DNA of 36,807 nucleotides from Octopus bimaculoides (GCF_001194135.2 NC_068981.1:114455642-114492448); one strand, 5' to 3'. Positions 23,623 through 34,730 are shown, counted from the first letter of the stretch. Translations and numbers: made by a program. The notes: a model not told the origin generated them from the sequence alone.

Positions 23623-25653
23623 GGTATCCGGACAACTGCCCGACAGCCAAGTGCCTGACGGCAATTGCTCAACTGTCAACTGCTAGATGGAAAAATGCCC
23701 GACAAATGCAACTGCCAGATGGACAATTACCCGATAATCTTAAAGTAAACTGAAACTAAAAAATAAAAATACTAAAATTAACTAGGCTAAAATTATATTA
23801 AACCCTTTTAGTTGTCATAGAGTAACATAAAAAAATTAATTTCTTTCAAAGGTAAAATAAAAGTACAAAAAATAGAATTTATGTTTTATTTGTGGAAACA
23901 TAGGTAAAACTTTAACAAAACAAAACAAAAGACATTAAATTTTATAAAAACATTATTTACAGATAATTTATCAGTTTCACGAACAATAATGTAATTTGGA
24001 AAATAGTAAAAATAAACTAAAACTAAAAGCTATTCCTCTCAAAAAAATCTATCACTTCTTGATTTTCATAATTCTCCACAAAATATGTAATTCTTTTCGT
24101 TAAATTTTGATATTTTTTTCTTTTTGAGGTGAAGACTGATGTCCTGCTAGCAATTGGTTGATGATCGTGTCGTTAAGTGCATGTTCCGTCTTCAATGACT
24201 GAAGAAAATGCCAGCTATTTGGATGACTTGATGTTATATTCGCCTGTAAATGGTTATGCCATCCCATACGCGGTCATACATGTTCCACATACAAATAAGA
24301 AAATCTGTTATGCCGTCGTATTCTACCGATAAAAGCATCTTCAAAGTAATCAATGATTGGATCTGCTTCATGACACAAATTTTCTTGTAATTGCTCAGAT
24401 GCTGTTTCAACATTGTCTGCTGGCACAAAAGCCAAAGCTGGTATCATGTGAATGCTTAGAGCAAAATCAGCATCGCTCTGATGTTTCGATTGTAATCCCT
24501 CTGATTGTACCTTGCGATAAACTGCTTGAGAGAGGTGAAAAAAACACCGTTTGATAATTGCACTTGGAAAAATTTCAGCAATTGCATTCTTGGCAGCTTG
24601 TTCATAATTGATCAGATTACTAGCTGGATTGAGCCTGGATTTAGTAGCCTAAAGTTGGCTAAAAAGTTCTTCATAGGTGGTTTGACGTTTATTTAAGCAA
24701 TAATATAAAGACCCAAGGAATCGTTCTTTTGGAGACTAAACAGTCAATAGAGTAGAGTTGGTAAAATGGTTCTGGCACTACTTTGAATGTACCATCGCAA
24801 AACCAATCACTTGAAAATTGCAAGAGTCGCATATTTTTCTCAGTAGAAAACAAAAGTACACGGTTCTCACTGGATTCATTATCGTAAAGTAAGAAATTTT
24901 CCTCATTTCATGTTTTTTGTATTTACCTGGAATAATCATGCCATGCAATTTTCTCGGTATGGGATGCGGAGCGTATATAACTTGCTTATATCTTCTGATT
25001 GAACGCTTAATAGTGCTCATGGCCGGTAGTTGAGTAGAGACTTTTTTCGAAACATTCTGTAAAGTTTGTTTTATAATTTGTTGTGAAGTTTGCTGGATTG
25101 TAATAGCTTTCTCCTTCATTTCCTCGGGTACAGATAGGAGATCTTGACGAAGAATATCTGCAGCGTGAGTGTGCGCACGTATCTGGCTAATTATTTCTTC
25201 TCCACGCAGTATAATTTTAACCTTGCAGTTGTCATGTCGGCGGCGTTCACGTAGAACGTATTTCCTGATGACAAGTCCTTATTCTTAACGTAGACGTAAC
25301 CATTATAGCAGAGCTTCAAACCTCCACTTTTAGTTTTAATGAAATGCATGGGTACTAACAATTGTATGCAAATTAAGATGAAAAAGTTTCACGAGCTTCA
25401 CTGCTAACAGAGTTGCTTGGCCTTTTGACACCTGAAAGTCTTTTACTTCAGCAAACTGAAGTAAAATACAATTTTTGAGGACAGGAAGATTTGCCCAAAT
25501 GATAGATAAAGTGAAATGAATGACAGATAAAGTGAAAGTATCTTTCGGGCAGATATTTATTGGGTAGATGTCTATCAGGAGTTGTCCGTCGAGCAGTTGT
25601 CTTCCGAGCAGTTGTCCATCGGGCAATTACAATTCGAGCAGTTGACCTAATCC
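23623..25653 (-). mobile_element. Mutator (MULE/Phantom-like) element with TIRs of ~15-bp GGACAACTGCCCGAC-type repeats
   Basis: About 7 units at 23630-23735 and an inverted array at ~25540-25650; termini GG.../...CC. No target-site duplication recognisable. Confidence 0.85.
24010..25349 (-). pseudogene. FLYWCH-type zinc finger plus MULE transposase pseudogene
   Basis: MHFIKTKSGGLKLCYNGYVYVK..CE.RR..CKVK..HTH; DWFCDGTFKVVPEPFYQLY; INYE (DFE-like); CFFHLSQA; ALAFVP; DYFE..FIG; GWHN..HPNSW; RGIA. Several frameshifts and a stop. Confidence 0.9.
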
Positions 25654-26017
25654 TGCCTATATATTGATTGAAATAATGTGGTTATTAAGCTTTACTTTTA
25701 TATTACACTACGGAAGACGGTAGGGATTATAATTTTTAATTACTTAATAGAGTTGTCGCTGTTTAGTCACGTATTTAGGAGGGGTTGTAATTTACTTATG
25801 GAATTTATTTATCGATACGGTTGTACATTGGGTAACTGTGTTTGAAAGTTGTGGTTTCTTTGGTTTGTTTGTTCCCAAACAACACTAATTTTAGTGCTGT
25901 TGACACCGCCGACAGTTGATGATGGAGGTATGTTGGATTATTGGTATGGCTGTTTTTTATATATGTCGATTAGTATTATTGGATCGTTGGTATGGCTGTG
26001 AAATAGTATTATAACAC

Positions 26018-26068
<51 letters not shown>

Positions 26069-26089
26069 TACATACATACATACATACAT

Positions 26090-27667
26090 ACATATAGAAT
26101 ATATAAACCTCGTTATCTCTGTGTGTGTGTATGTGTGTAAAAGATTATAACGGCCGTATTTTTCAACTGATTTTCTCCAAACTGGGAGCATACATTACAT
26201 ATGTTCCACAGATGGTTTTAGACTTAGAATTTTTCCACATAATGAGTAACGGGGCCCCATGGGAGCAGGAAATACCCGTTCCTGGGTTATGTGAAGAAGC
26301 GGGTAACTCTTTGTGAAGTAACTTTCAGAAATTGATTGTCGCCCTTACATCCATTGGTCAAAAAATTATCACAATCTCAATTGGCTCCAAAAAACACCAC
26401 TGTAAGTAAAATTAATGAACAGCTGTTGCAGTACCTTCCTCGAAGTCCTCACATCTATAAGTCAGTTGTTACAATCCCAGATCCAGAAGAGGTGGTAAAT
26501 TTCTCAATTCATTGGAGCCTCCAGGACTACCTCTCCACAGACTGAAACTGAAAGTGGGAACTCCAGTAATGTTATGGAGGAGTTTGGATCCACCAATACT
26601 TTGCAATGGGACACGCCTGGTGTTACAGAAGCCACCTGTTACTGAGGCCACCATTCTCTCAGAATGTGGAAAAGGAGAGGATGTTTTCATACTCAGAATT
26701 CCACTCATTCCACTGGGAGCAGAAATTCCTTTTACATCCAAAGAGTGCAATTTCCTATTTGTATCAGCTTCGCAATGTCCATCAATAAATCCCAGGGTCA
26801 AACACTGTCTGTGGTAGAACTTCACTTGGAAGAGTTATGTTTCTCACACGAGCGATTAAACGTTGACTGCTCTAGGGTGGGAAGCAAAAAAATCTATTTG
26901 CATTTGTTCTACAAGGGAAAACAAAGAATATTTTTTACCAAGAGGTTTTGTAGGAATTACTACATCCTTCAATGCACTCCAGTATCCATTGCTCTTAGTG
27001 AATGGTGAAGATAGATTCCATTTTGGCATAATACCAACAAACCCGAAGACTGCACCAACAAAGCAGTTTCCTGCATGGACTTCAATATCAAAGCATATTC
27101 TCCAATTACTCCCACCAACCACGTGGTAAGCTATTACGCCTTACTTTTTAAAGTAATTCATTACTACATATTCTCATGTGACTGCATAGGCTCAGCTTAT
27201 GTTTCTAATTCTACAGCCACACTAGCAATCCAATGTCAACCCTTCGCCTTCTGCAACATTTCAACAGTTCACTTCCCCGTTGCCGTCTCCCATTGCAGCC
27301 CCTTTCCGGAATGTACCCATTTACATACAATATCTCCATTACACCTACATTCATTCGACTGTCAACCACGCAATGGATCATGTTAGACGCGAGGCCGGCC
27401 GCCGGAAAGGAGAGTATATCCACTGACAGCTTTTCAGTGCGTTCAAAAATCACAAACACCCCACCCCCAATTTTCCATGACAGGTTAGGACCTGGAATTC
27501 TCCAAACGGACGCATTACATGTCGCTTAGTCGAATCAGCCCATCGTTTACTCCATAAATGTTTTGTCGTCAATGCTGCACTTTCCATATCACATGTTTCA
27601 ACATAACTGTAATATATGTACAAATTATGTCATTTCAATTCCGAGCAATGCCGTGTATCTTTGCTTG
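26090..27667 (+). mobile_element. Non-autonomous Helitron with a Pif1-helicase C-terminal remnant
   Basis: LAPKN..INEQLL, LEPPGLPLHRLKLKVGTPVML..LCNGTRL, RIPLIP, QFPICISFAMSINKSQGQTL, CFSHERL..CSRVG (26380-26960). 3' end CCGAGCAATGCCGTG...GCTTG|T resembles the hairpin plus CTAG terminus. The 5' boundary is approximate. Confidence 0.8.
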
Positions 27668-28289
27668 TATATATCTATACCATAATGGAGAAAGCTGCTT
27701 ATAAATTAGGAATGTAACAATTACTAAAAGTACTAAAAGAAAACAATATTAAAAGCTTGACGGTCTGGAAATATTTTTATAAATTCATATTCTAAGAAAT
27801 TGACTATAATTTCGACTTCTGAATTTTATTGAATCTTTTTAACTCCAAATTCTCGCAAATTTAAATATCCATTGCATTCACTGCGTCCAATTCTTCTTGA
27901 ATTTAAATATTCATTGCATTCACTGCGGAGTAGAGTTTAATGTTTGATAATAAACACCATTAATTCTTTGCAGGCAACATTTTACGTTTTTATTTGCAAC
28001 AGTCTCTCATTCTCGCTCGCCTCTATTTTCATTAATGATAATTTAATAATAGCTACATAGCTTTGATACGAGGCACAATTTCAAGAATATTATAAGTTTC
28101 CGGAGTTTGTTAAATGAATATTTTTGATAAAATGAAAATTCTTTAATATACCGGTATATATATTTTTTTAATGAAGAAGTGACATTGTTGGTATGGCTAC
28201 TTGGAACGCTATAAGTCTTACAATAATAACTATGTGATCGCTGCTATTTCTAGCACACTAAACGAGATAGTTTTTAACGAGCTTTCGTT

Positions 28290-29580
28290 TATATATAATA
28301 TGCGACTGAAAAAGAAAATTTAGCAGCAAAGGCACAATGGCAGAGAGAAAGACGGGCACTGAATCAGATGAAACCTGGGCAAACGACTGAAACAGAAGTC
28401 TGAATATGCACGGACACGTAGACATGATTCTGTTTCCTCTACACATGATCGACTGGCTAGGGTATCTCGAGAGGATAATATTCTACTTCAAATTAATAGT
28501 GTCAGATCACAAATTGTTGATGCATCACTGAAGAGATCTTTTCTTTGCGATCATGTGGAAGTAGTGGGGTTGACAACCAATCTAAGACTTCTTACAGAAG
28601 ATCATTCTGATGAAAGAGAGTTTGCTAATTACTTTTTGATGCAAGAAAGGGAATTCAAAATCAAAGTACCCAATAACCTTTGCCTTAAAAGAGGTACTAT
28701 TTCAGAGTGATTTTGTATATGCTGATCTCAAAAATAACTTCACAAACCCTGTGTGGCTTGCAAATAGAACCATTGTTACTCCAACATATGAAGCAGCACA
28801 ATTTGTGAATGATTTTCTGTTGACCAGGACCCTTGGTGAGCTAAACATATATAGAAGCTCAGATACAGTTGATAATGAAACTCTGTACTCAATCAAGTTC
28901 ATCAACAAACTTACACCATTAGGGTTTTCACCACACATTATCAAACTGAAGGAAAAACGATGCATAATGCTTCTGAGAAATTTAAATGCTACTAATGGAC
29001 ATTGCAATGGCATACATTATATCATTGTCACTTTACGTGATCATGTTATTGAGACTGAGATTGCTTCTGGTCCTTATGCAGGTTCAACTCTTCCAATCCC
29101 AAGAATACCACATGCATCTCAAGAAATGGAATTTCCACTCACATTTAAACGCAAACAATTTCCTGTCAAGCCAGCTTTTGCCTTGACGTGCAACAAGACA
29201 CAGGGACAGACTTTTGAACAAATTGGAATATATTTTCCGACACAATTCTTCTCACATGGTAAGCTGTATGTTGTATCCTCTAGAGTTCGAAAGAAGGCTA
29301 ATGTAAAAAAAATTGGCTGAGAGAAATGGAAACTGACAATTGTGTCTACAAAGAGATACTACTTTAAAGCAAAATATGCTTTTTAACAAGTTTCAGTAAA
29401 TAAAATTAACACATAAATTATATGAAAAGTAACATATACTTGTGTGGAATTAAACTGGTTTTGGGATATTTCAACACATGCTGAATGAATGATATCGTTA
29501 TATTAATTCATTTTAAATTTAGGTATATTTATAAAAGTAAGGAAACGTCATTCTCATGTGGTCCTCACAGCACCAGACTT
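28290..29580 (+). mobile_element. Second Helitron relic (Rep N-terminal repeat joined to helicase C-terminal half)
   Basis: RSQIVDASLKRS..LTTNLRL; WLANRTIVTPT; IMLLRNLN..HCNG; PRIP; KRKQFPVKPAFALTCNKTQGQT; FSHGKLYVVSSRV; TDNCVYKEIL. Boundaries uncertain. Confidence 0.82.
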
Positions 29581-29689
29581 GTGCGTGTGAGTGTGTGTGT
29601 CTCCATCCATCTACCTATCTACCTATATCTATGCACACCTATTTAAGTTCTACCAATTATTAATGATGAATATATATATATATATAACA

Positions 29690-31335
29690 GGTTGCCTCTT
29701 TCAAAAAGAGAGATTATGACCGGGATAAAATAATGAAAGTAATATTTACTAAGCAGGATCAAAAAAATAATTAGACGTAAAATATTATAAAAATAATTAG
29801 AATTGGGAACCAAATGTGGAAATGTTATCGAGTGGCTAGCAAAAATACCACCCTGTAGGCAACAGTTTAGTAATGTGTTACCAAAAAGGAAATTATCATT
29901 AAATATGACTGAGGATGTTTGAACACCTAAAATGCTAAAGATAAGAGCAGGAAAATTACATCAAAAAATCATCACAGAAGACATACGTCCAAAATATTAT
30001 TGTATTAATAGATAGAGGTATAAATATATAAAGTATGATTATTTAAAAAGTTTGATTAAGACATCTTTCTTCGTTGAGTAAAAACGGGCGAGAGAAGATA
30101 GATGCTTTGCGGAGATTGCAAAGATTAAAGAACATTGAATAGAATGGGATGAATGGGAAAATTGTTTTAAAATGATAAGGCGAGAAGAAACCAATGAGGA
30201 ATTAAGCCCTCTTAAGGAATTGATTGTCAACAGGAGGGAATGTACTGTCACATACAAGACACATTGGGTAGCGGCTGGCAAAATTGAAATAATGACAACG
30301 ACTCAAGTGGAGAAGGCACTAATGCCAATCTGGCAAGAGATAAGGTGTCTTGCCAGAGGAGCCAAGTACGGAACGATTTAAGTAAGGTTTAAAGATACAG
30401 ACTTGGCAAGGGTGAATGCGGCAATTATTTTAAAGAGCGATGAAGTGGTGCTGTTGCCTACGTACCATGGACATAAAGTAGGAAGTGGAAAGGCCAAACA
30501 CTAAATATGGTTATACAGGGGCCGGTAGAGATTATTGAGGAATTACCGGAGACCATAGCAATGGAAGACACAATAATGGTGGTCAGAGTAGAGGGCAGAA
30601 TCCCTCGATGCTACAAGTGCGGCCAGAAAGGCCACATTAGTGCAAACTGCCCTCTATAAGACAAAAAGAAGGAAGAAAAACAAGCAAGAAAACAGAACAC
30701 CACCATCACTAATAGAAACAGAAGAAAAAGGTGAATCAGAAGGAAATTGGGAAGCAGCCGGTAAGAAAAGAAAAAGGAAGAAATCAGGTAAAACAAGTAT
30801 AGAACCCCACCCNNNNNNNNNNCTTTCAACTTCCCCACCTCCCGAAAAAAGAAAAAGAATAACTATGTTATAATGTTTAACAATACAAACAAGAAACTGT
30901 GCGAGGAGATTAGGAAGTGGAAAGACATAAGATCAGTGGACACGAATGAATTTGATAATGTACAAGGGTGACATTGCAGCCTGTTATTAAATGAGGAGCA
31001 AAAAGAAAAAAATCAAAAAGCTTAAAAGTGGACTTGAAATGTAGCAAATCGATCTGGATATTGAAAAATTACCATGGCATCTGGATTACGTACATCTATT
31101 GAAGGAGTAAAAGTTCAATGTCTTGGCAGGAACTAAATATAAAAAGTTAAAAAAGGTATGACTCAGAGGTGGGACTGAGAGAACTTCATTCCATTCCTCA
31201 TTTTCATTTTTCATCCATTATAACATACGTTTTTGAAATTTTGTTTCTTTTTTCGTTATTTTCCAGTCTGTTATATGTCCCCACATGTCCTTGTAATGTC
31301 CCCTCTCCGATAGCCCTTTGTGAGCAATAAAGAAA
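29690..31335 (+). mobile_element. Non-LTR-retroelement ORF1 (gag-like, CCHC knuckle) relic without RT
   Basis: VEGRIPRCYKCGQKGHISANCP (CX2CX4HX4C at 30609-30650), basic W..AGKKRKRKK tract, U-rich 3' region and AATAAA at 31326-31331. Stops and frameshifts present; 5' boundary approximate. Confidence 0.65.
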
Positions 31336-31544
31336 CAAATTTGGGGATTTATATTTATACACAGCCTTTATGGATTACCGCAGAGGATTTTACCACGGAT
31401 GTATATTATTTCTTCAAAATTTTTAGCACAAGACTGTACCAACGCATATCTATGCCAGTAACTTTTCAAACAACATCTTTAAACAACAGCTTCTTCTTAT
31501 ATTTTTAAATAGCATTCGATTGACTACACGGAAATTCACCCTCT

Positions 31545-31640
31545 TTCTGTCTGATGAGTGGATGTATTTCCTAATAATGATTATCAATTTTAGATTCCAT
31601 TTCGAAGAATAATACATACATGAAACGATCGTATGACATT
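31545..31640 (+). ncRNA. Minimal hammerhead-ribozyme-like motif (solo PLE pseudo-LTR relic)
   Basis: CTGATGA (31551-31557); 11-bp helix II GTGGATGTATT/AATACATACAT (1 mismatch, 1 GU); GAAA-C-GATC-G-TA (31622-31633). Helix I imperfect. Confidence 0.65.
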
Positions 31641-31765
31641 TTAATCAAACTTTTTAAATAATCATACATTATATATTTATACATCTATCTATTAATACAA
31701 TATTATTTTGGGCGTATATCTTCTGTTATGATTTTTTGATGTAATTTTCCTGATCTTCTTTTATA

Positions 31766-31798
<33 letters not shown>

Positions 31799-32364
31799 TG
31801 TATGTATGTATGTGCATATGTATGTACGTTTCTTCTATTTTTTAATTATTATAAAACTTCCACTGAGGATGGAGCTGGTTTCGAAGAAAGATACAAGGCT
31901 CCATCTTTGGGATGTAGTTAACACAGACAAATTCACATTTAGAACTTGAGTAAATTCTTGCATATTTTTACTGTTCCACTCACTGACTAGACTTGTACGA
32001 ATTAGCCGGTCGATTTCTCTTTCTGAAAATCCCAGTTTATCCAGATTCTCCTTTAAGCATTTACTAACAAAACCTAGTGTTCCACTTATTATTGGTATAA
32101 ATATGAATTCATAGTTTGGATATTGAAGCTGGGGGTTTCGAAGCAGTTGTCAATAGATACCCTCTATTTCTTTGATTTTAAAAGAGATATTTATATCTGC
32201 AGGGCAGCTGACCTCTGTGACAGTACATACCTTTGCCCTTTTATCCCAAACAACAATATCCGCCCTGTTATGTTTACATTTGGCAGAAGTTTTGATGGGA
32301 ATATTCCACCAGTATTCCTTGAGTTGATGCTTGTATGTATGTATGCATGTATGTATGTATATAT

Positions 32365-32572
32365 CTGTGTTTGACCCTATCGCCGCTTGACAACCGGTGT
32401 TGGTTTGTTTACGTCATCATAATCTAGCGATTCAGCTAATGAGGCCGATAGAATAAGTGCCAGGCTCAAAAAATAGGACTGGAGTCGATTTGTTCGAGTA
32501 AAATTCTTCAAGGCGCTGCCTCAGCATCGCCGCAGTCTAATGACTGATACTAATAAAAGATAAAAGATAAAA
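32365..32572 (+). mobile_element. 3' half of an OR-like SINE
   Basis: GCTTGACAACCGGTGTTGGTTTGTTTACGTC...GATAGAATAAGTGC...CAGCATCGCCGCAGTCTAATGACTGA and a TAAAAGA tail; reverse complement of the family at 34731-34920. Confidence 0.8.
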
Positions 32573-34033
32573 TATTTATTGATTGATAGATGAATATTAT
32601 AAAGACTTGGATAATTACTATTGTTGTAAGAGATATATCAGCATTAAGGTCATTGTGTATCGGCCCTTTACCCTACTATTCTCGTATCATAGGAGAAAGA
32701 CGCTATTACTTCAGCTCAGTGCTTTGCTAATATGATATCCTAAAGAAGATGGGGTGATAATTCCTACAGTAATGAAACTCTTTATGTGATCACTCGATCT
32801 ACTGAAATTAGCTGCCAATTCTCGCTGACATTATATCCTGCCTTTTTGAAAAGGAGTACGTACCGGTAATAAAGATGTTGATGTGGCGTGCAGGGAGATG
32901 AAGAACAAGATGTAGGATTTGTTTTGGCTCCTAGGGCTTTCTTCTATTTTGGTAAATATTGGAAAATATACAAGATGTCACACTCCAGTTAATTGTCAAG
33001 TGGATAACATTGACAAAAGTAAACAGCATATTACTCTGCCTCTGGTATTTGAGTACTCTTTTTCCACCTTGTTTCACATTTATGTGCTTACACCAGTATA
33101 TATATATATACATATATNNNNNNNNNNNNNNNNNNNNNNNNNNNNNNNNNNNNNNNNNNNNNNNNNNNNNNNNNNNNNNNNNNNNNNNNNNNNNNNNNNN
33201 NNNNNNNNNNNNNNNNNNNNNNNNNNNNNNNNNNNNNNNNNNNNNNNNNNNNNNNNNNNNNNNNNNNNNNNNNNNNNNNNNNNNNNNNNNNNNNNNNNNN
33301 NNNNNNNNNNNNNNNNNNNNNNNNNNNNNNNNNNNNNNNNNNNNNNNNNNNNNNNNNNNNNNNNNNNNNNNNNNNNNNNNNNNNNNNNNNNNNNNNNNNN
33401 NNNNNNNNNTTATGTATGAATATATATATATATATATATATATGTAAGTATGTGTGTATGTATGTATGTATGTATGTATGTATGTATGTATGTATGTATG
33501 TATGTATGTATGTATATAATATGTATATTCTTCCGGCAGTTCTTTTCTTCTAAAGACACAACTATACGAGAAACTTGGCATCCTCACACACACAACACAA
33601 GCGCACACATATTTAAAGAAGTTAAATATTTTTCTTCATATAAACTTCTAATAAAGGTTACATTTTTTAAAATAAAAACATCGATGAAGTCAATCCATTT
33701 ACCCTGAACTTGCTCAGCTATTATTTTCTATTCTGACCATGTAATGGCCCGTATCCAGTAAAATTTTACACTTTTTGTGTTTCACCTGCTACCGCCCTTA
33801 GCTTCTTTTCAACTAACCCTTCTGCTGACAAATCTGTTTAATCTGCTTTCATTTAAACTCTTAGTAAACAAAATAAAAACTTTAAGATGAAAGTAAACAA
33901 ACAAAGTTTGTCTTTAGAAGTATTGAGATGTATTGTAAGAAATAGAAATAAATTCATTTCTCAAACGCGTGATAATGCTATAAATAGCTTCATCAGGATA
34001 AATTATCCATATAATGCAGAAAAATACGTTACC

Positions 34034-34088
34034 GGCCAGCCATGAGACTCGAACTCACATCTCTGTGATTACATGTCAATAAACTGCC
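34034..34088 (-). pseudogene. D-arm-deleted copy of the tRNA-Thr(UGU)-like sequence
   Basis: GGCAGTTTA|TTGACATGTAATCACAGAGATGTGAGTTCGAGTCTCATGGCTGGCC. It is 17 nt shorter than the right copy, and its T-stem GTGAG/CTCAT is intact. Confidence 0.7.
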
Positions 34089-34200
34089 AAATGCCTCTAA
34101 AGACAAACTTTGTTTACATTCATCGTAAAGTGGAATTTATCGTTAGCGTCTTATGAAGCTAAATTTATAAGTTCTAAAATTGCAGAAGAATTCGTTGCTG

Positions 34201-34272
34201 GCCAGTTTAGTTTAATGGTAAAACACTTGACATGTAATCACAAATATGTGAGTTCGAGTTACATGGCTGGCT
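34201..34272 (+). pseudogene. tRNA-Thr(UGU)-like sequence (tRNA pseudogene or SINE-type head)
   Basis: Canonical spacing: acceptor GCCAGTT/GGCTGGC, D-stem GTTT/AAAC with AATGGTA loop, TGT at 34233-34235, TTCGAGT T-loop, box A- and box B-like motifs. The anticodon stem pairs only 3/5 and U33 is replaced by A. Confidence 0.7.
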
Positions 34273-34730
34273 GGTAACGTATTTTTCTGCATTATATGGA
34301 TAATTTATCCTGATCAAGCTATTTATAGCATTATCACGCGTTTGAGAAATAAATTCATTTCTGTATCTTAAAATAAAAACTGTTTTTCATTGGAGCCCTG
34401 AACAAAGCGTTCTGCACATCAGTTTTTTTTTTTCTGACGAAACTTACCTCCTTATATAAAACCTCAAATAGGCAAAGTTTCCTTTAATGGTTAAACAAAC
34501 CGTTAGACAAAACCTGAAGCCTTAGTCATCTTAATCTTCAACATATAAGAATACTTTCACACACACACACACATACACAAACACTTAGGTGCATATATAC
34601 ACATATTTGCATCTATATATGTAAATATGTGTATATGTGTCTGTTTAGAATTTTTAATGGTTACCACGTAATAACGATGGACAATAAAGGAAGTCTGCTT
34701 AGTGAAATACTATTGGTACCGTTGTAGATA

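Larger units (their letters stand above)
33880..34370. repeat. Doubly inverted repeat element (A-B-A'-spacer-B') carrying tRNA-like segments
   Basis: B (33936-34079) and B' (reverse complement from 34370) have 134/144 identity. A (33880-33923) and A' (34091-34130) have 36/40 identity plus a 4-nt indel. Confidence 0.92.

Noticed and set aside
3365-31335. Single-strand piRNA-cluster-like orientation bias
   Set aside because: Elements occur on both strands (PLE1, mariners, RTE and MULEs minus; Tc1, Helitrons and ORF1 element plus).
34201-34272. Functional tRNA-Thr gene
   Set aside because: The anticodon stem pairs 3/5, U33 is replaced, the T-stem is mismatched and it sits inside a repeat; called a pseudogene instead.
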